NCBI GenBank assembly: GCA_022530585.1
Contig: CP092821.1
Coordinates: 905,128 to 969,127, forward strand
DNA from: Candidatus Nealsonbacteria bacterium DGGOD1a
Lineage (GTDB): Bacteria; Patescibacteriota; Minisyncoccia; Minisyncoccales; UBA5738
Length of the DNA stretch: 64,000 nt
Reading direction: 5' to 3'
Positions 27,521-37,221 of the stretch are shown in pieces. Within the stretch, counting starts at the first letter, position 1. Each line of letters begins with the position of its first letter. The translations under genes and the position numbers were made by a program. The notes below the pieces were generated by a model, which was not told the DNA's origin, made no database searches, and worked only from the letters and a program-made list of their open reading frames with translations.

Positions 27521-27544
27521 AAATACAAATACAAAATTCGAGGT

Positions 27545-29662
27545 TTAGGCAATCGATTCTTTTTTCACTTTATATTCTTTGCGGTCTTTGTATTCTTGCT
27601 GTTTGCCCAAATTGAACTGGCCCACCGGGCGGAGATAACCCACCACCCTGGTATAGACTTCGCAGGGCTGTTCAATCGTGCACTTGGGACAAGTGAAATG
27701 TTCGCCTTCGATATATCCGTGGGTCGGGCAAATCGAAAATGTCGGCGTCAGCGTAATATAGGGCAAACGAAATTTCGTGAAAATCTTTTTCACCAATGAT
27801 TTGACGCTCTGGATGTCGCTCAACCGTTCGCCCAAAAACAAATGCTGAACCGTACCGCCGTTATAGCGGCATTGGATGTCATCCTGCAACTTCAACGCTT
27901 CGAACACATCATCGGTAAAGTTTACCGGCAATTGGCTTGAATTGGTGTAATACGGGCTTTTCTTGGTGCCGGCCGCGGCAATGTCGGGATACTTGGCCTT
28001 GTCTTTCAAGCACAAGCGGTAAGCCGTTGATTCGCCCGGGGTGGCTTCCAGATTGTAAATGTTATTGGTTTCCTTTTGATATTCCACCATGCGCGCGCGC
28101 ATAAAATCCATCACTTCCAAGGCAAACGCCCGGCCTTTGTGCGACGCGATGTTTTCGCCCAAAAAGTTCACCAGCATTTCATTCATCCCGACCAAGCCGA
28201 TGGTTGAAAAATGGTTGCCGTAATAAGCTCCGCGCGACTTTTTGATATTGGAAAGATAGTGGCGCGAATAAGGATATAATCCTTTTTCAATGTAATTTTC
28301 AATCACCTTGCGCTTGAGTTCCAAGCTTTCCTTGGCCAGATCCATCAGATGTCCCAAGCGTTCAAAAAACTCTTTCTTGGTTTTGGAAAGATAGCCGATG
28401 CGCGGCATATTGATCGTCACCACGCCGATAGAACCCGTCAGCGCGCCCGAGCCGAACAATCCGCCACCGCCGCGATTGTGCAATTCGGTCAAATCAAGCC
28501 GCAACCGGCAGCACATACTGCGCACATCCTCGGGACTCATATCGGAATTGATATAGTTGGTAAAATAATTTATTCCGTATTTGGCCGTGGCTTCCCACAT
28601 CGGCTCCAGCGCGGGATTATCCCAATCAAAATTCTTGGTAATGCTCACGGTTGGAATCGGAAATGTAAAAACGCGCTGATTTTTATCGCCATCCAGCATC
28701 ACTTCGTAAAACGCGCGATTGAGCATATTCATCTCTTCCTGGAATTCGCCATAGGTTTTATCTTGCGGCACGCCGCCGATAATCACCGGCTGTTTGGCAA
28801 ACGACGGCGCCGGAGTCAGATCAAGAGTAATATTGGAAAACGGACACTGAAAACCCACGCGCGTCGGCGTGGCCATATTGAACAAAAATTCCTGCATCGC
28901 CTGCTTGACCTGCAAATAAGTTAAATTGTCATAACGGATAAAAGGCGCCACCAAAGTATCGAAATTGGAAAACGAAACCGCGCCGGCAACCTCGCCCGCC
29001 AAAGTATAAATGAAATTGACGATTTGCCCCAAGACCGTGCGCAAATGCTTGGGCGGGACGGATTCCAGTTTTCCCGGCGTACCGCCAAACCCGCGGCGCA
29101 AAAAGTCATACAAGTCCCACCCGGAACAATAAGGCGCCAAAGTGTCCAAATTGTGCAAATGGAAATCACCCGATTCGTTGGCTTCGCGGATTTCTTTGGG
29201 ATAAATTTTATTCAGCCAGTATTTCTTGACGGTGTAAGAAACCGCGTAATGGTTCAATCCCTGCAAAGAAAAAGCCATATTGGCGTTTTCCTGCACTTCC
29301 CAATCCATCTTTTCCAGATATTGGTCCACGCGCTCCATCGCTTCATCGCTGGCCACGGCCGCGTCGCGGATACGGCGGCGCTGTTCGCGGTAAAGAATGT
29401 AGGATTTGGCCGTGTCCACCAAGCCGTCCATAATCAAAACCTCCTCGATGATATCCTGTATTTGTTCAACCGAAGGAATGCCGTCGTTCTTGAACCGGCG
29501 GTTGAAAATTTTCAAAACTTCATCGGCAATCTTTTTGGCCTTGGCTTCGTCTCCTTGGCCGGTAGCCGTGACCGCTTTGAATATTGCGTTGATTATCCGG
29601 TCAAAATCAAAATCCACGATTCGCCCATCCCGCTTCTGCACTTTGGTGATTTTATTTTCCAT
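27545..29662 (-). CDS. nrdD: Anaerobic (class III) ribonucleoside-triphosphate reductase
   Basis: 705 aa, ATG confirmed. ATP-cone (VQKRDGRIVDFDFDRIINAI), C-terminal Zn site CPTHGYIEGEHFTCPKC, and glycyl-radical motif TRVVGYLRPV. Confidence 0.95.
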   Translation of the reverse strand: MENKITKVQKRDGRIVDFDFDRIINAIFKAVTATGQGDEAKAKKIADEVLKIFNRRFKNDGIPSVEQIQDIIEEVLIMDGLVDTAKSYILYREQRRRIRDAAVASDEAMERVDQYLEKMDWEVQENANMAFSLQGLNHYAVSYTVKKYWLNKIYPKEIREANESGDFHLHNLDTLAPYCSGWDLYDFLRRGFGGTPGKLESVPPKHLRTVLGQIVNFIYTLAGEVAGAVSFSNFDTLVAPFIRYDNLTYLQVKQAMQEFLFNMATPTRVGFQCPFSNITLDLTPAPSFAKQPVIIGGVPQDKTYGEFQEEMNMLNRAFYEVMLDGDKNQRVFTFPIPTVSITKNFDWDNPALEPMWEATAKYGINYFTNYINSDMSPEDVRSMCCRLRLDLTELHNRGGGGLFGSGALTGSIGVVTINMPRIGYLSKTKKEFFERLGHLMDLAKESLELKRKVIENYIEKGLYPYSRHYLSNIKKSRGAYYGNHFSTIGLVGMNEMLVNFLGENIASHKGRAFALEVMDFMRARMVEYQKETNNIYNLEATPGESTAYRLCLKDKAKYPDIAAAGTKKSPYYTNSSQLPVNFTDDVFEALKLQDDIQCRYNGGTVQHLFLGERLSDIQSVKSLVKKIFTKFRLPYITLTPTFSICPTHGYIEGEHFTCPKCTIEQPCEVYTRVVGYLRPVGQFNLGKQQEYKDRKEYKVKKESIA

Positions 29663-30119
29663 AATGAACCTTTTGTTAAATTAAAAACGACTTAAAATCC
29701 GATCTATGGTTTGCATAAATCGGCAAACGGAGTTTTTCTATAAGAATATTTTCTATTTTACCCCACCCAAAATTCCCGTCAACCGCCAGTATTGTACAAT
29801 GCAACCGCTCACCGGAGGCAAAAACACGCTGCCTCAGCAAGGGATTGCTATTTTGTAAAATTCCAATTTTTCTTTAGGATACCCGCCTTCGATAGCTTCG
29901 ATATACCTTAATCGCCGATGTCGCGCAAACAAAAAGTCCGTTAATGTTTGGCCTCAACGGGCTTCAACCGCCAAGCATCAACCAGCTACTCATTCAAGCA
30001 ACGCTTTGTTTGAATTTTTTGACCCGACAAACTCCGCCAAATTGATTTTCATAATTTCAAGATTGATAATATCTCCATTTTGATCGTAATTAATCACAAC
30101 ATTGTCTCTGCCGCATTTG

Positions 30120-32600
30120 TTATAATTCATATCCCACCGCACCTTTTGATGTGATAAGCATTACAAGCTTGAGGCCAGGGAATGTTCTTTTATCGACCTG
30201 TTTGCTGTTTTGAAGCACGACGATATTTGTTTTGTTAAGGAGTTTAACATAAGTCGCGTTTATCATGAAGGTTTTACTTGCGACTACGGTTTGGTTGGTA
30301 AGAACTGCCTGCGGATTGATCGGTATCCAGACATAAACGAAAGTCGATTGCGGAAGAGTCACAAGCGGCGCGGAGTCATACTGTATGCCGGTAAGCTGAG
30401 CGTATGCGAGCATTTTGTTGCTAAAAGACTTTTTTAACACAAGCTTGGTGGTGTGTCCCGCCTCATCTTTAATCATATACCCAGAAGCAGTCTTTGTCAC
30501 AGTGACGCTTCCAAGATTGTCTTTACCTGCCACGAACAAGTCTTTTAATGCGATGTCTGCCATAATTTTTGCTTCCGGGGCGGTAAGGTCAATGTACAAT
30601 TCCGCAGTCTTTGTTTCTTCAGTATTTCCCGCATTATCGGTCGAGCGATACTGCACGACATGTTTTCCCTCGCCTGCCAAGGTAAAAGGCATTGTGTATT
30701 TTTGCCATGTTGTATCATTGTCAAGTGAGTACTCTGTCTTTACAACGCCGGTTCCTTCCGCATCATCCTTTGCGGCAAAAACTATAGCAATGTCGGAGCG
30801 GAACCATATGGGGCCACCGGCACCGGAAGCAACGAGGGCAGTGGTGGGAGGTACAGTATCTGTATTCAGAGATTCGAGATGTACAATAAGCTGATTAAGC
30901 AGGTCAACATCTATTTGCGAAAAAAACCCGTCACCGTTAAGGTCCCCGCTACTAAATAGACCTTCATAATATGTATTGAGATCTTCCTGAAGTGCCGTAA
31001 TGTCAAGTCCATTTATCTGGCCATCGCCATTGACATCGCCTAGCCCACCTTTTGCAATTTCCACGCGATATTTTATCACCCGTTCTTCTCCGGCAGGGAT
31101 TGTCTCATCAAATTCTATTGTTGAGCTTGCGCCTCCCATGGCACCCATCACCCCCGCACCAAGGCCATAGAACCGTACCGAATACTCGCCGGGGAGCGGA
31201 TTGGTAAGAAGGAATTGTTCAATCTTTCCATTGCCGCTATAGAAAGAACCCGGGATATCATTCAGTTCTCCCGTAGCAGAAGTATAGCCCATTTGCCGAC
31301 CCAGCGGATCAGTGATAATAAAATCAACCGGATCAAACATGCCATGGAACCAATTCTTTATATTCGCAAATGTATTTTCTGTCTTGAGCGCATGCAGAAG
31401 CAATTCAGGAGAAAGCAAGGGAATCAAGTACTTCTTTCCGCCAAATGTAGCCTCCATTGACTCTAAATCATTCGGTATAAAACCTGCGCCATTTCGATAA
31501 CCAACAGTTTCCGCCGCCCATTCCACCAACCCGACGCAGGTAAACGAATTATCACGGCCTTTTTGTGCCTCGGGAGAAAGCGTGTCGGATATTCCTTCGG
31601 GAAAGCTAAAATCTATAAAGCGAAAAGTGTCCCCCGTGCGAGTTTTAATAGCCGCCTCCATTGCCTCTGCAAGTTCTTCCGAAATTGGTATGTCTTCGGT
31701 GGCAACAACAGCAGTCGGCTCTCCGACAAACGCATCGTGCAAAAATGTTCCCTTGGAGTGTTGCGCTTGTACACCGTTTATGGACTGTACGCCTGCCCTT
31801 TCAAATCCGTCGCTTGATTCATATGTCCCTGTAAGATACCCGGGATGCGATTCATACACCAGGTTATTTATCTGAAATGCAGAATGGTCATAACCGGGTA
31901 TTTGATCCTTTTGTAGGCCCCATGTGCCATCTTTCATATCATCATTTTTTTCGCGGAACAGTATTGATGGGCCAACCGACACAAATGAAACATTGTCTAT
32001 GGCGTATCCCGCTGGTTCATCAGCTACGGTTTCAATTCTCCACCGTGCGATATTTCCTCCGGTTATAACAAAGTGTTCAATGCCGAATTGAGAGTTAATG
32101 CGCTGTCCAAGCACTTCACCCTTAGAATCAAACCACCGGATGCGTACCGAACCTATGTTATCGAAATAACCAGCGTCGAGAGAGAAGGAATGGACTACAA
32201 TCGGCGTTACGCCGTCTTTTTTATCAACAAACCGGCCCTCTATCGCTCCCTGGAAAAGAGGAGAACCGGAAAGAACGGGGCTTGTCGGGTTTGAACCATC
32301 TTGGGTAATAAAAGGACTGGAACCACCAAAGATAATACCTTTGCCTTTGTATTCATCCGTGATAGCCGTCTCTACGGAAAATTCACTAAAAGTGATAATG
32401 TCGCTCACGATGGCATCCATTGCTTTAATTGAAATGCCTTGCCCTTTAGTACTCGGCGGCATATTTTGTTCTATTGCCTGCGCCGAACGCGCGGATGGAG
32501 AAGAACTTGGTATGGTAGCCCCGTATACCGATGGAACAAAACTTATTACAAACAACACGGGAACGACAAAAAATAACTTGGCCATATTTTTTCTATCCAT
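30120..32600 (-). CDS. Secreted multidomain protein: papain-like Cys-peptidase-like core, dockerin-type repeats, Ig/chitobiase-C-like domain
   Basis: Signal peptide (LFFVVPVLFVISFVPSVYG). NSFTCVGLVEWAAETVGY (Cys nucleophile-like). GDVNGDGQINGLDITALQEDL and GDLNGDGFFSQIDVDLLNQLI (dockerin/EF-hand-like pair). YSLDNDTTWQKY...VQYRSTDNAGNTE. Track start 32630 is TTG; ATG at 32600. Confidence 0.7.
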   Translation of the reverse strand: MDRKNMAKLFFVVPVLFVISFVPSVYGATIPSSSPSARSAQAIEQNMPPSTKGQGISIKAMDAIVSDIITFSEFSVETAITDEYKGKGIIFGGSSPFITQDGSNPTSPVLSGSPLFQGAIEGRFVDKKDGVTPIVVHSFSLDAGYFDNIGSVRIRWFDSKGEVLGQRINSQFGIEHFVITGGNIARWRIETVADEPAGYAIDNVSFVSVGPSILFREKNDDMKDGTWGLQKDQIPGYDHSAFQINNLVYESHPGYLTGTYESSDGFERAGVQSINGVQAQHSKGTFLHDAFVGEPTAVVATEDIPISEELAEAMEAAIKTRTGDTFRFIDFSFPEGISDTLSPEAQKGRDNSFTCVGLVEWAAETVGYRNGAGFIPNDLESMEATFGGKKYLIPLLSPELLLHALKTENTFANIKNWFHGMFDPVDFIITDPLGRQMGYTSATGELNDIPGSFYSGNGKIEQFLLTNPLPGEYSVRFYGLGAGVMGAMGGASSTIEFDETIPAGEERVIKYRVEIAKGGLGDVNGDGQINGLDITALQEDLNTYYEGLFSSGDLNGDGFFSQIDVDLLNQLIVHLESLNTDTVPPTTALVASGAGGPIWFRSDIAIVFAAKDDAEGTGVVKTEYSLDNDTTWQKYTMPFTLAGEGKHVVQYRSTDNAGNTEETKTAELYIDLTAPEAKIMADIALKDLFVAGKDNLGSVTVTKTASGYMIKDEAGHTTKLVLKKSFSNKMLAYAQLTGIQYDSAPLVTLPQSTFVYVWIPINPQAVLTNQTVVASKTFMINATYVKLLNKTNIVVLQNSKQVDKRTFPGLKLVMLITSKGAVGYEL

Positions 32601-32710
32601 TTTTTTTGTTTTTTTTATTTTTTTATTCAAATTAAGAAATCAATCGCAGGTAATCATTTTCCCGTTACTCAAGAGCGCGGCGGTACGAAGCGATGATATC
32701 GGTTAAAGTA

Positions 32711-33118
32711 TTATTTGTTATACGAGCATCGCTTTACATATTCTACATCTCCACTGCGGACAACGGTGAGTTCGCAAGAATAACTGGGCAATATCTTCCC
32801 TTGGGACTCGATATCCACAAACCACACGCCTTCTTCCTTCCGAAAAGTGGTTATCCGCCATCCCGGGTATTTAGCCTCTTCTTCCGCACGCACAAGCTCG
32901 GCGCGAACCTCTGCAAACCCTATGGCAAAACGACCCGCATCAACAGCGGTGTGTATAGGGAATGCTATTGGAACATACGATTCCATTCCTTTCAGAGAGG
33001 AAATGGTTTCAGTGTAAGAACGCGAAGAATCGCGCTTCGCCACATACCAATACCCAAACACCACTACAAACAAGAACAATATTCCCCCAACAACTGAAAG
33101 AACAAGTCTGTTATTCAT
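32711..33118 (-). CDS. Hypothetical membrane-anchored protein
   Basis: N-terminal TM (LVLSVVGGILFLFVVVFGYWY). Track start is TTG; ATG at 33118. Confidence 0.45.
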   Translation of the reverse strand: MNNRLVLSVVGGILFLFVVVFGYWYVAKRDSSRSYTETISSLKGMESYVPIAFPIHTAVDAGRFAIGFAEVRAELVRAEEEAKYPGWRITTFRKEEGVWFVDIESQGKILPSYSCELTVVRSGDVEYVKRCSYNK

Positions 33119-33326
33119 AGTAGTTAACAATTAAAGAAATACAGTTAAATGTCAAAGACAAATTGTTTGAATCCATCCAAAAAACTAACCGCATACCTGC
33201 TAGCGCCCTACCGGTTTTCGCTTCCGCACCGGAAACAATTTCGTGCTCATTCCTTGATTAAAAAATACTTCGCCCACAAAATGGCAAATCCGGATTTCGA
33301 GATTCGCGCTTCGGATTTATGATTTT

Positions 33327-34256
33327 TCAGAAGCCCGTGGCCACGACCGTGATCTTGATTTCGCCTTTGGGCAAAGTTTGGTCGTGAACCGCACCGAAAA
33401 TCACCCGCGCCTGCGGATTGATTTCCGAAGTTATGATTTTTGCCGATTCTTCAATTTCGGAAAGACTGATGTCGGCGCCGCCGGAAACATTGAATAACAC
33501 GCCCTTGGCGCCGCGCGCCGGAACATCAAACAGCGGCGATTCAATCGCCGCCCGGGCCGCCGCTTCGGCCCGCTTTTCGCCTTTGGCCCGACCGATGCCG
33601 AAAACCGCGCGGCCGGAATCTTTAAGAATCGATCTCACATCCGCAAAATCGACATTGATTATGCCCGGCGATAAAACCAAATCCGAAATGCTTTGCACCG
33701 CCTGGCGCAAAATTTCGTCGCAAATCCAAAACGCGTTGGTCAAAGTCGTGTTGGGATTAAGCGTTGCCAGCAATTTGTCGTTGGAAATCGAAATCAGCGA
33801 ATCAACCTTGCCCTTGATTGAATCAATGCTTTCCTGGGCGACGCGCTGGCGGTATGAACCTTCAAACGAAAACGGCCGGGTTACCACCGCCACGGTTAAC
33901 GCTCCCGAATTTTTGGCGATTTCGGCAACCACCGGCGCCGCGCCCGAACCCGTACCGCCGCCCAAGCCGCAAGCGACAAAAACCATTCCCGCGCCTTCAA
34001 TCGCTTTTTTTATTTCTTCGCGCTGTTCTTCGGCGGCTTTGCGGCCCATTTCCGGATTCATGCCGGTTCCCAATCCCTGCGTCAGTTTGCGGCCAATCTG
34101 GATTTTGGCGTCGGCTTTGACCTTTTTCAAATCTTGATAATCGGAATTCAGCGCGACCAATTCCACGCCGCGGATACGATCCTTTTCCATCCTTCCGATC
34201 GCGTTGCACCCCGATCCCCCCACCCCCAGCACTTTTATGTTGATTGGATTAAACAT
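33327..34256 (-). CDS. ftsZ: Cell division protein FtsZ (core only, no C-terminal linker or tail)
   Basis: GVGGSGCNAIGRM and the tubulin signature GLGGGTGSGAAPVVAE. The ORF ends at ...KITVVATGF*, the usual end of the globular core. Confidence 0.9.
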   Translation of the reverse strand: MFNPINIKVLGVGGSGCNAIGRMEKDRIRGVELVALNSDYQDLKKVKADAKIQIGRKLTQGLGTGMNPEMGRKAAEEQREEIKKAIEGAGMVFVACGLGGGTGSGAAPVVAEIAKNSGALTVAVVTRPFSFEGSYRQRVAQESIDSIKGKVDSLISISNDKLLATLNPNTTLTNAFWICDEILRQAVQSISDLVLSPGIINVDFADVRSILKDSGRAVFGIGRAKGEKRAEAAARAAIESPLFDVPARGAKGVLFNVSGGADISLSEIEESAKIITSEINPQARVIFGAVHDQTLPKGEIKITVVATGF

Positions 34257-34269
34257 ACCCTGCAGAAAT

Positions 34270-34386
34270 TTAAAGTTAAAAAATCAAAATAAAAAATGAC
34301 AATTTAAAATTAAAAGTTCAAAATGCGCGGACATTTTACATTTTGCATTGTCATTTTGATTTTTGATTTTTACATTTTAAATTTTC
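34270..34386. repeat. Family-5 AT-rich inverted-repeat cassette, copy 1
   Basis: AAAAATCAAAATAAAAAATGACAATTTAAAATT ... ATTTTACATTTTGCATTGTCATTTTGATTTTTGATTTTTACATTTTAAATTTT, between the ftsZ start and the ftsA stop. Confidence 0.85.
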
Positions 34387-34420
34387 GTTACCACCCTCCC
34401 GGAAAACCCCGCGACCGCTC

Positions 34421-35734
34421 CTACGGTATGAATATCTTGAAAAACTTTTTTATTTTGTCCCAGCCATTGCCGTTCATCGAGAAACGCGGCGAAACGCCTC
34501 CGCTCTCATCCTCCTGCTCTTTCCACCCCGCCGCGGCCAATCCGCAGGCCGCCGCCAACGCCGGATCCTGATCGATATTGTCAAACCCGCGCGGCACGCC
34601 CACGCTCACGGTCAATTGAAATGTTTTCCTTGCCAGTTCCTCGATACGCGGCAATTTCACTCCGCCGCCGGTGAGCACAATGCCCGCCGGCAATTTTTTA
34701 TCGCGGCTGATTTTTTTCAATTCCTTATTCGCCAATTCAAAAATCTCGGCCACTCTTTCCTGAATTATTTTTGAAATCAACCTTTGCGAAAAAATCGCGG
34801 CTCCGCCGTCCCGTCCCCGGCTTGACCCGCCCAAGTTTCGCGAAAACGACGGCTGTCCGGCATTGGAAGAGTGTTCCTTCGCCTCTTCCCCTCCTTGTTC
34901 CGCGCTCAGATAAATCTTTTTGTCGCCGCCCTTGAAAACGCAAATTCCTTTTTCTATTTTCAAACGCTCGGCGGTTTCAATATCAGTCTTGGCGCCGATG
35001 GCAATATCGTTGGTAATATTCGACGATCCGACCGGCAAAACGGCCATATGCAGAAGATCGCCTTCTTCATAAACCGCAAGACTTGATGTGCCGGCGCCGA
35101 TATCCAATATCGCCACGCCCAATTCTTTTTGCTGATCGGACAGCGCCGCGGCCGCGGCCGCGATCACCGACGGCGCGCGATTCAATATCTCCAAACCGCC
35201 TTTTAGAACCGTTTGATCGGAATTTCTCAAATAAGGAGTGAACCCCGCCACGATCAAAACCTCCGCTTCCAACCTCACTCCGCGCATACCGATCGCGTCC
35301 TTCACTCCGCTTTCGCCGTCGACCGCGAATTCGCGCGGATAAACATCGACGATTTCCTTGTTCGATGACAACGAAATCGTGCGCGCCGCCTGCAAAACCC
35401 GATCGACATCTTCGGCGGAGATATTGCCATCGGCCCGGGAAACCGATACCAACCCGTGGGAAGGCGTGCAAAATATATGGCTGCCGCCCACGCTGATATA
35501 CGCCCCGGGCAACTTGCGGCCCACCGCCAGCTCGGCGTCTTTGACAACTTCTTGCACGCATCGCGCCGCGGCTTCGACATCGACCACCACTCCGCGCCTC
35601 ACTCCCCGCGACGGACGCTGTCCCGCGTAGATAGTGTCCAACCCCTCTCCGGCCGCCTTTTTCTGGGCCACCACGATCTTTATAGAACTGGTACCGATAT
35701 CCAAACCGGTAATTAGTATTGGAAATTTTGCCAT
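34421..35734 (-). CDS. ftsA: Cell division protein FtsA
   Basis: Actin-like ATPase (LDIGTSSIKIVVAQ, ILDIGAGTSSLAVY, VLTGGGVKLPRIEELA). Start moved to ATG 35734 because the track N-terminus MIFTFYNFSF lies in cassette copy 2. Contains a Gly/Ser/Arg-rich insert. Confidence 0.9.
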   Translation of the reverse strand: MAKFPILITGLDIGTSSIKIVVAQKKAAGEGLDTIYAGQRPSRGVRRGVVVDVEAAARCVQEVVKDAELAVGRKLPGAYISVGGSHIFCTPSHGLVSVSRADGNISAEDVDRVLQAARTISLSSNKEIVDVYPREFAVDGESGVKDAIGMRGVRLEAEVLIVAGFTPYLRNSDQTVLKGGLEILNRAPSVIAAAAAALSDQQKELGVAILDIGAGTSSLAVYEEGDLLHMAVLPVGSSNITNDIAIGAKTDIETAERLKIEKGICVFKGGDKKIYLSAEQGGEEAKEHSSNAGQPSFSRNLGGSSRGRDGGAAIFSQRLISKIIQERVAEIFELANKELKKISRDKKLPAGIVLTGGGVKLPRIEELARKTFQLTVSVGVPRGFDNIDQDPALAAACGLAAAGWKEQEDESGGVSPRFSMNGNGWDKIKKFFKIFIP

Positions 35735-35739
35735 GAAAC

Positions 35740-35895
35740 TAAAATTGTAAAATGTAAAAATCAAAAATCAAAATGACAATGTAAAATCATAAAATGTTTT
35801 TATCGCGGCATTTTAACATTTTCCCCGCCAAAGGACGGGTGCGCCTATGGCGCAAATTGTCATTTTTCATTTTGATTTTTTAACTTTAAATTTAA
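35740..35895. repeat. Family-5 cassette, copy 2 (centre has a GCGCC-TAT-GGCGC hairpin); overlaps the ybeY 3' end
   Basis: AAAATGTAAAAATCAAAAATCAAAATGACAATGTAAAAT ... AATTGTCATTTTTCATTTTGATTTTTTAACTTTAAATTT. The right arm encodes the ybeY C-terminus ...FKFKVKKSK and its stop codon. Confidence 0.85.
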
Positions 35896-36352
35896 AAACA
35901 TCTTTGAATTGCGACAAATAAAATTGTTCCTTTCGTCTCATTTCAATCGCCGCCGCCTTATTTTTTTCGTGGTCATAGCCGAACAGGTGCAGCATTCCGT
36001 GAACCACAGCCCACGCCAATTCGTATTCCGCCGAAACTCCGGTTTCCCGGGCGTCGTCTTTTACCTGTTTGGCGCAGATGACCAATTCCCCCAATACCCG
36101 GGGGTGTCCGCAGTCTTGGTCCGCATCTTCTTCGACAAACGATAGGACATCGGTTACCTGGTCTCTTTTGCGGTATTTTTTGTTGATCTCGCGAATTTTT
36201 TTCGGACCCGCGATCACAATCGAAACTTCAACATTGCGGGCATCGGACACATCTTTTGCCTCCCCGCCGATAACGGCAACGGCGGTTTTTTTTACCAGCT
36301 TCTGATTTACCGCCGCTTTAACCAAGCTATTTATTTCAACATTAGTTTTCAT
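35867..36352 (-). CDS. ybeY: rRNA maturation endoribonuclease YbeY
   Basis: HGMLHLFGYDHE zinc-binding motif. Start moved to ATG 36352. Confidence 0.85.
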   Translation of the reverse strand: MKTNVEINSLVKAAVNQKLVKKTAVAVIGGEAKDVSDARNVEVSIVIAGPKKIREINKKYRKRDQVTDVLSFVEEDADQDCGHPRVLGELVICAKQVKDDARETGVSAEYELAWAVVHGMLHLFGYDHEKNKAAAIEMRRKEQFYLSQFKDVFKFKVKKSK

Positions 36353-36439
36353 TAAAAATCTCCCCGCGCTAATCAATTATTTTAACAAACAAAAAAGGCG
36401 AACGCAATCGCCCCGGCCATGCGTCCCCGGGCATGCGCC

Positions 36440-37072
36440 TTAATTCGTGAATTTCAAAGTGGAAATCACCGATTGATAAACCCGGTCCTCGTAATCGTCA
36501 ATGCCGCCGCACTCAGTCGATGATTCGTTGGCCAAAAACCCGAATTCGTAGAATTTTTCGCCGTTTTCAAGAAAAACCGCGCTGCCGCTAAATCCCATCC
36601 CTGCCGTTTCATAATCAATTTTCTTGGCCGGTTTGCCCGCCACGGAAATATCCGCCCGGCCGTCAACCGTCATTCCCATAAGTTGGCCATCGACAAAATC
36701 AGCCAGCGAGCCGCGGGCGGCGCTTTCCAAGAAATAGAATATTCCCAGCGAAAATCCGCCATCGGTCTTTTCCAATTTCGGGCATCCTTGATCGCCGGCC
36801 GCGAAAACCGGATATTGGAATTCAATCCCAAGCCGCGCGTCGCGCCAAGTTTCGTTTTTAAACCCATTCTCCAAAACCGGCGCGGCGGCTTCAGGGGTTG
36901 TCGCGGATTTTTCGCTCGGCGCCGTTGTTGTCGCGACCTGTTCGACCGCAACCTCTTTTTGCGGATGGCGATAAACATTGAAATAAAAATCCGCGGCGAA
37001 CCAAACGCCCGCCGCCAACCCCAAAACAATCAATATGAAATTGTAATTAACCCCCTTTTTCCTCCTCGCCAT
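36440..37072 (-). CDS. Hypothetical membrane-anchored exported protein
   Basis: ATG confirmed, N-terminal TM (FILIVLGLAAGVWFAADFYF). No motif recognised. Confidence 0.5.
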   Translation of the reverse strand: MARRKKGVNYNFILIVLGLAAGVWFAADFYFNVYRHPQKEVAVEQVATTTAPSEKSATTPEAAAPVLENGFKNETWRDARLGIEFQYPVFAAGDQGCPKLEKTDGGFSLGIFYFLESAARGSLADFVDGQLMGMTVDGRADISVAGKPAKKIDYETAGMGFSGSAVFLENGEKFYEFGFLANESSTECGGIDDYEDRVYQSVISTLKFTN

Positions 37073-37221
37073 AGATTTAAGTTAGTAATCCCATTGTACC
37101 ACCATCGCCCAAAAAGTAATACCCGATCGCGGCGATATTTCCATTCATAAGGAATTGGCAACCGCGCAAACAATCACAAAACTATGGCGCGCAAAGGGTT
37201 AGCATTTTGCTTGATTTTAAC

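Noticed and set aside
29663-30119. Cobalamin riboswitch or NrdR box in the long nrdD leader
   Set aside because: The segment GGGAATTTTGGGTGGGG superficially resembles the GGGAA..GGTG part of B12 elements. However, no GCCACTG B12 box or matching downstream helix was found. The 10-bp palindrome ATTGTACAAT (29791-29800) does not match the NrdR-box consensus as I recall it. The gap is left as an unexplained long leader.
33327-33329. Alternative genetic code (TGA or TAA reassigned), suggested by the ftsZ post-stop ORF and the hicA in-frame TAA
   Set aside because: All large conserved genes are intact under the standard code. TGA and TAA both terminate well-supported genes at expected positions (for example abiEii TGA and the RAYT TAA). 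Isolated events are better explained by mutation.
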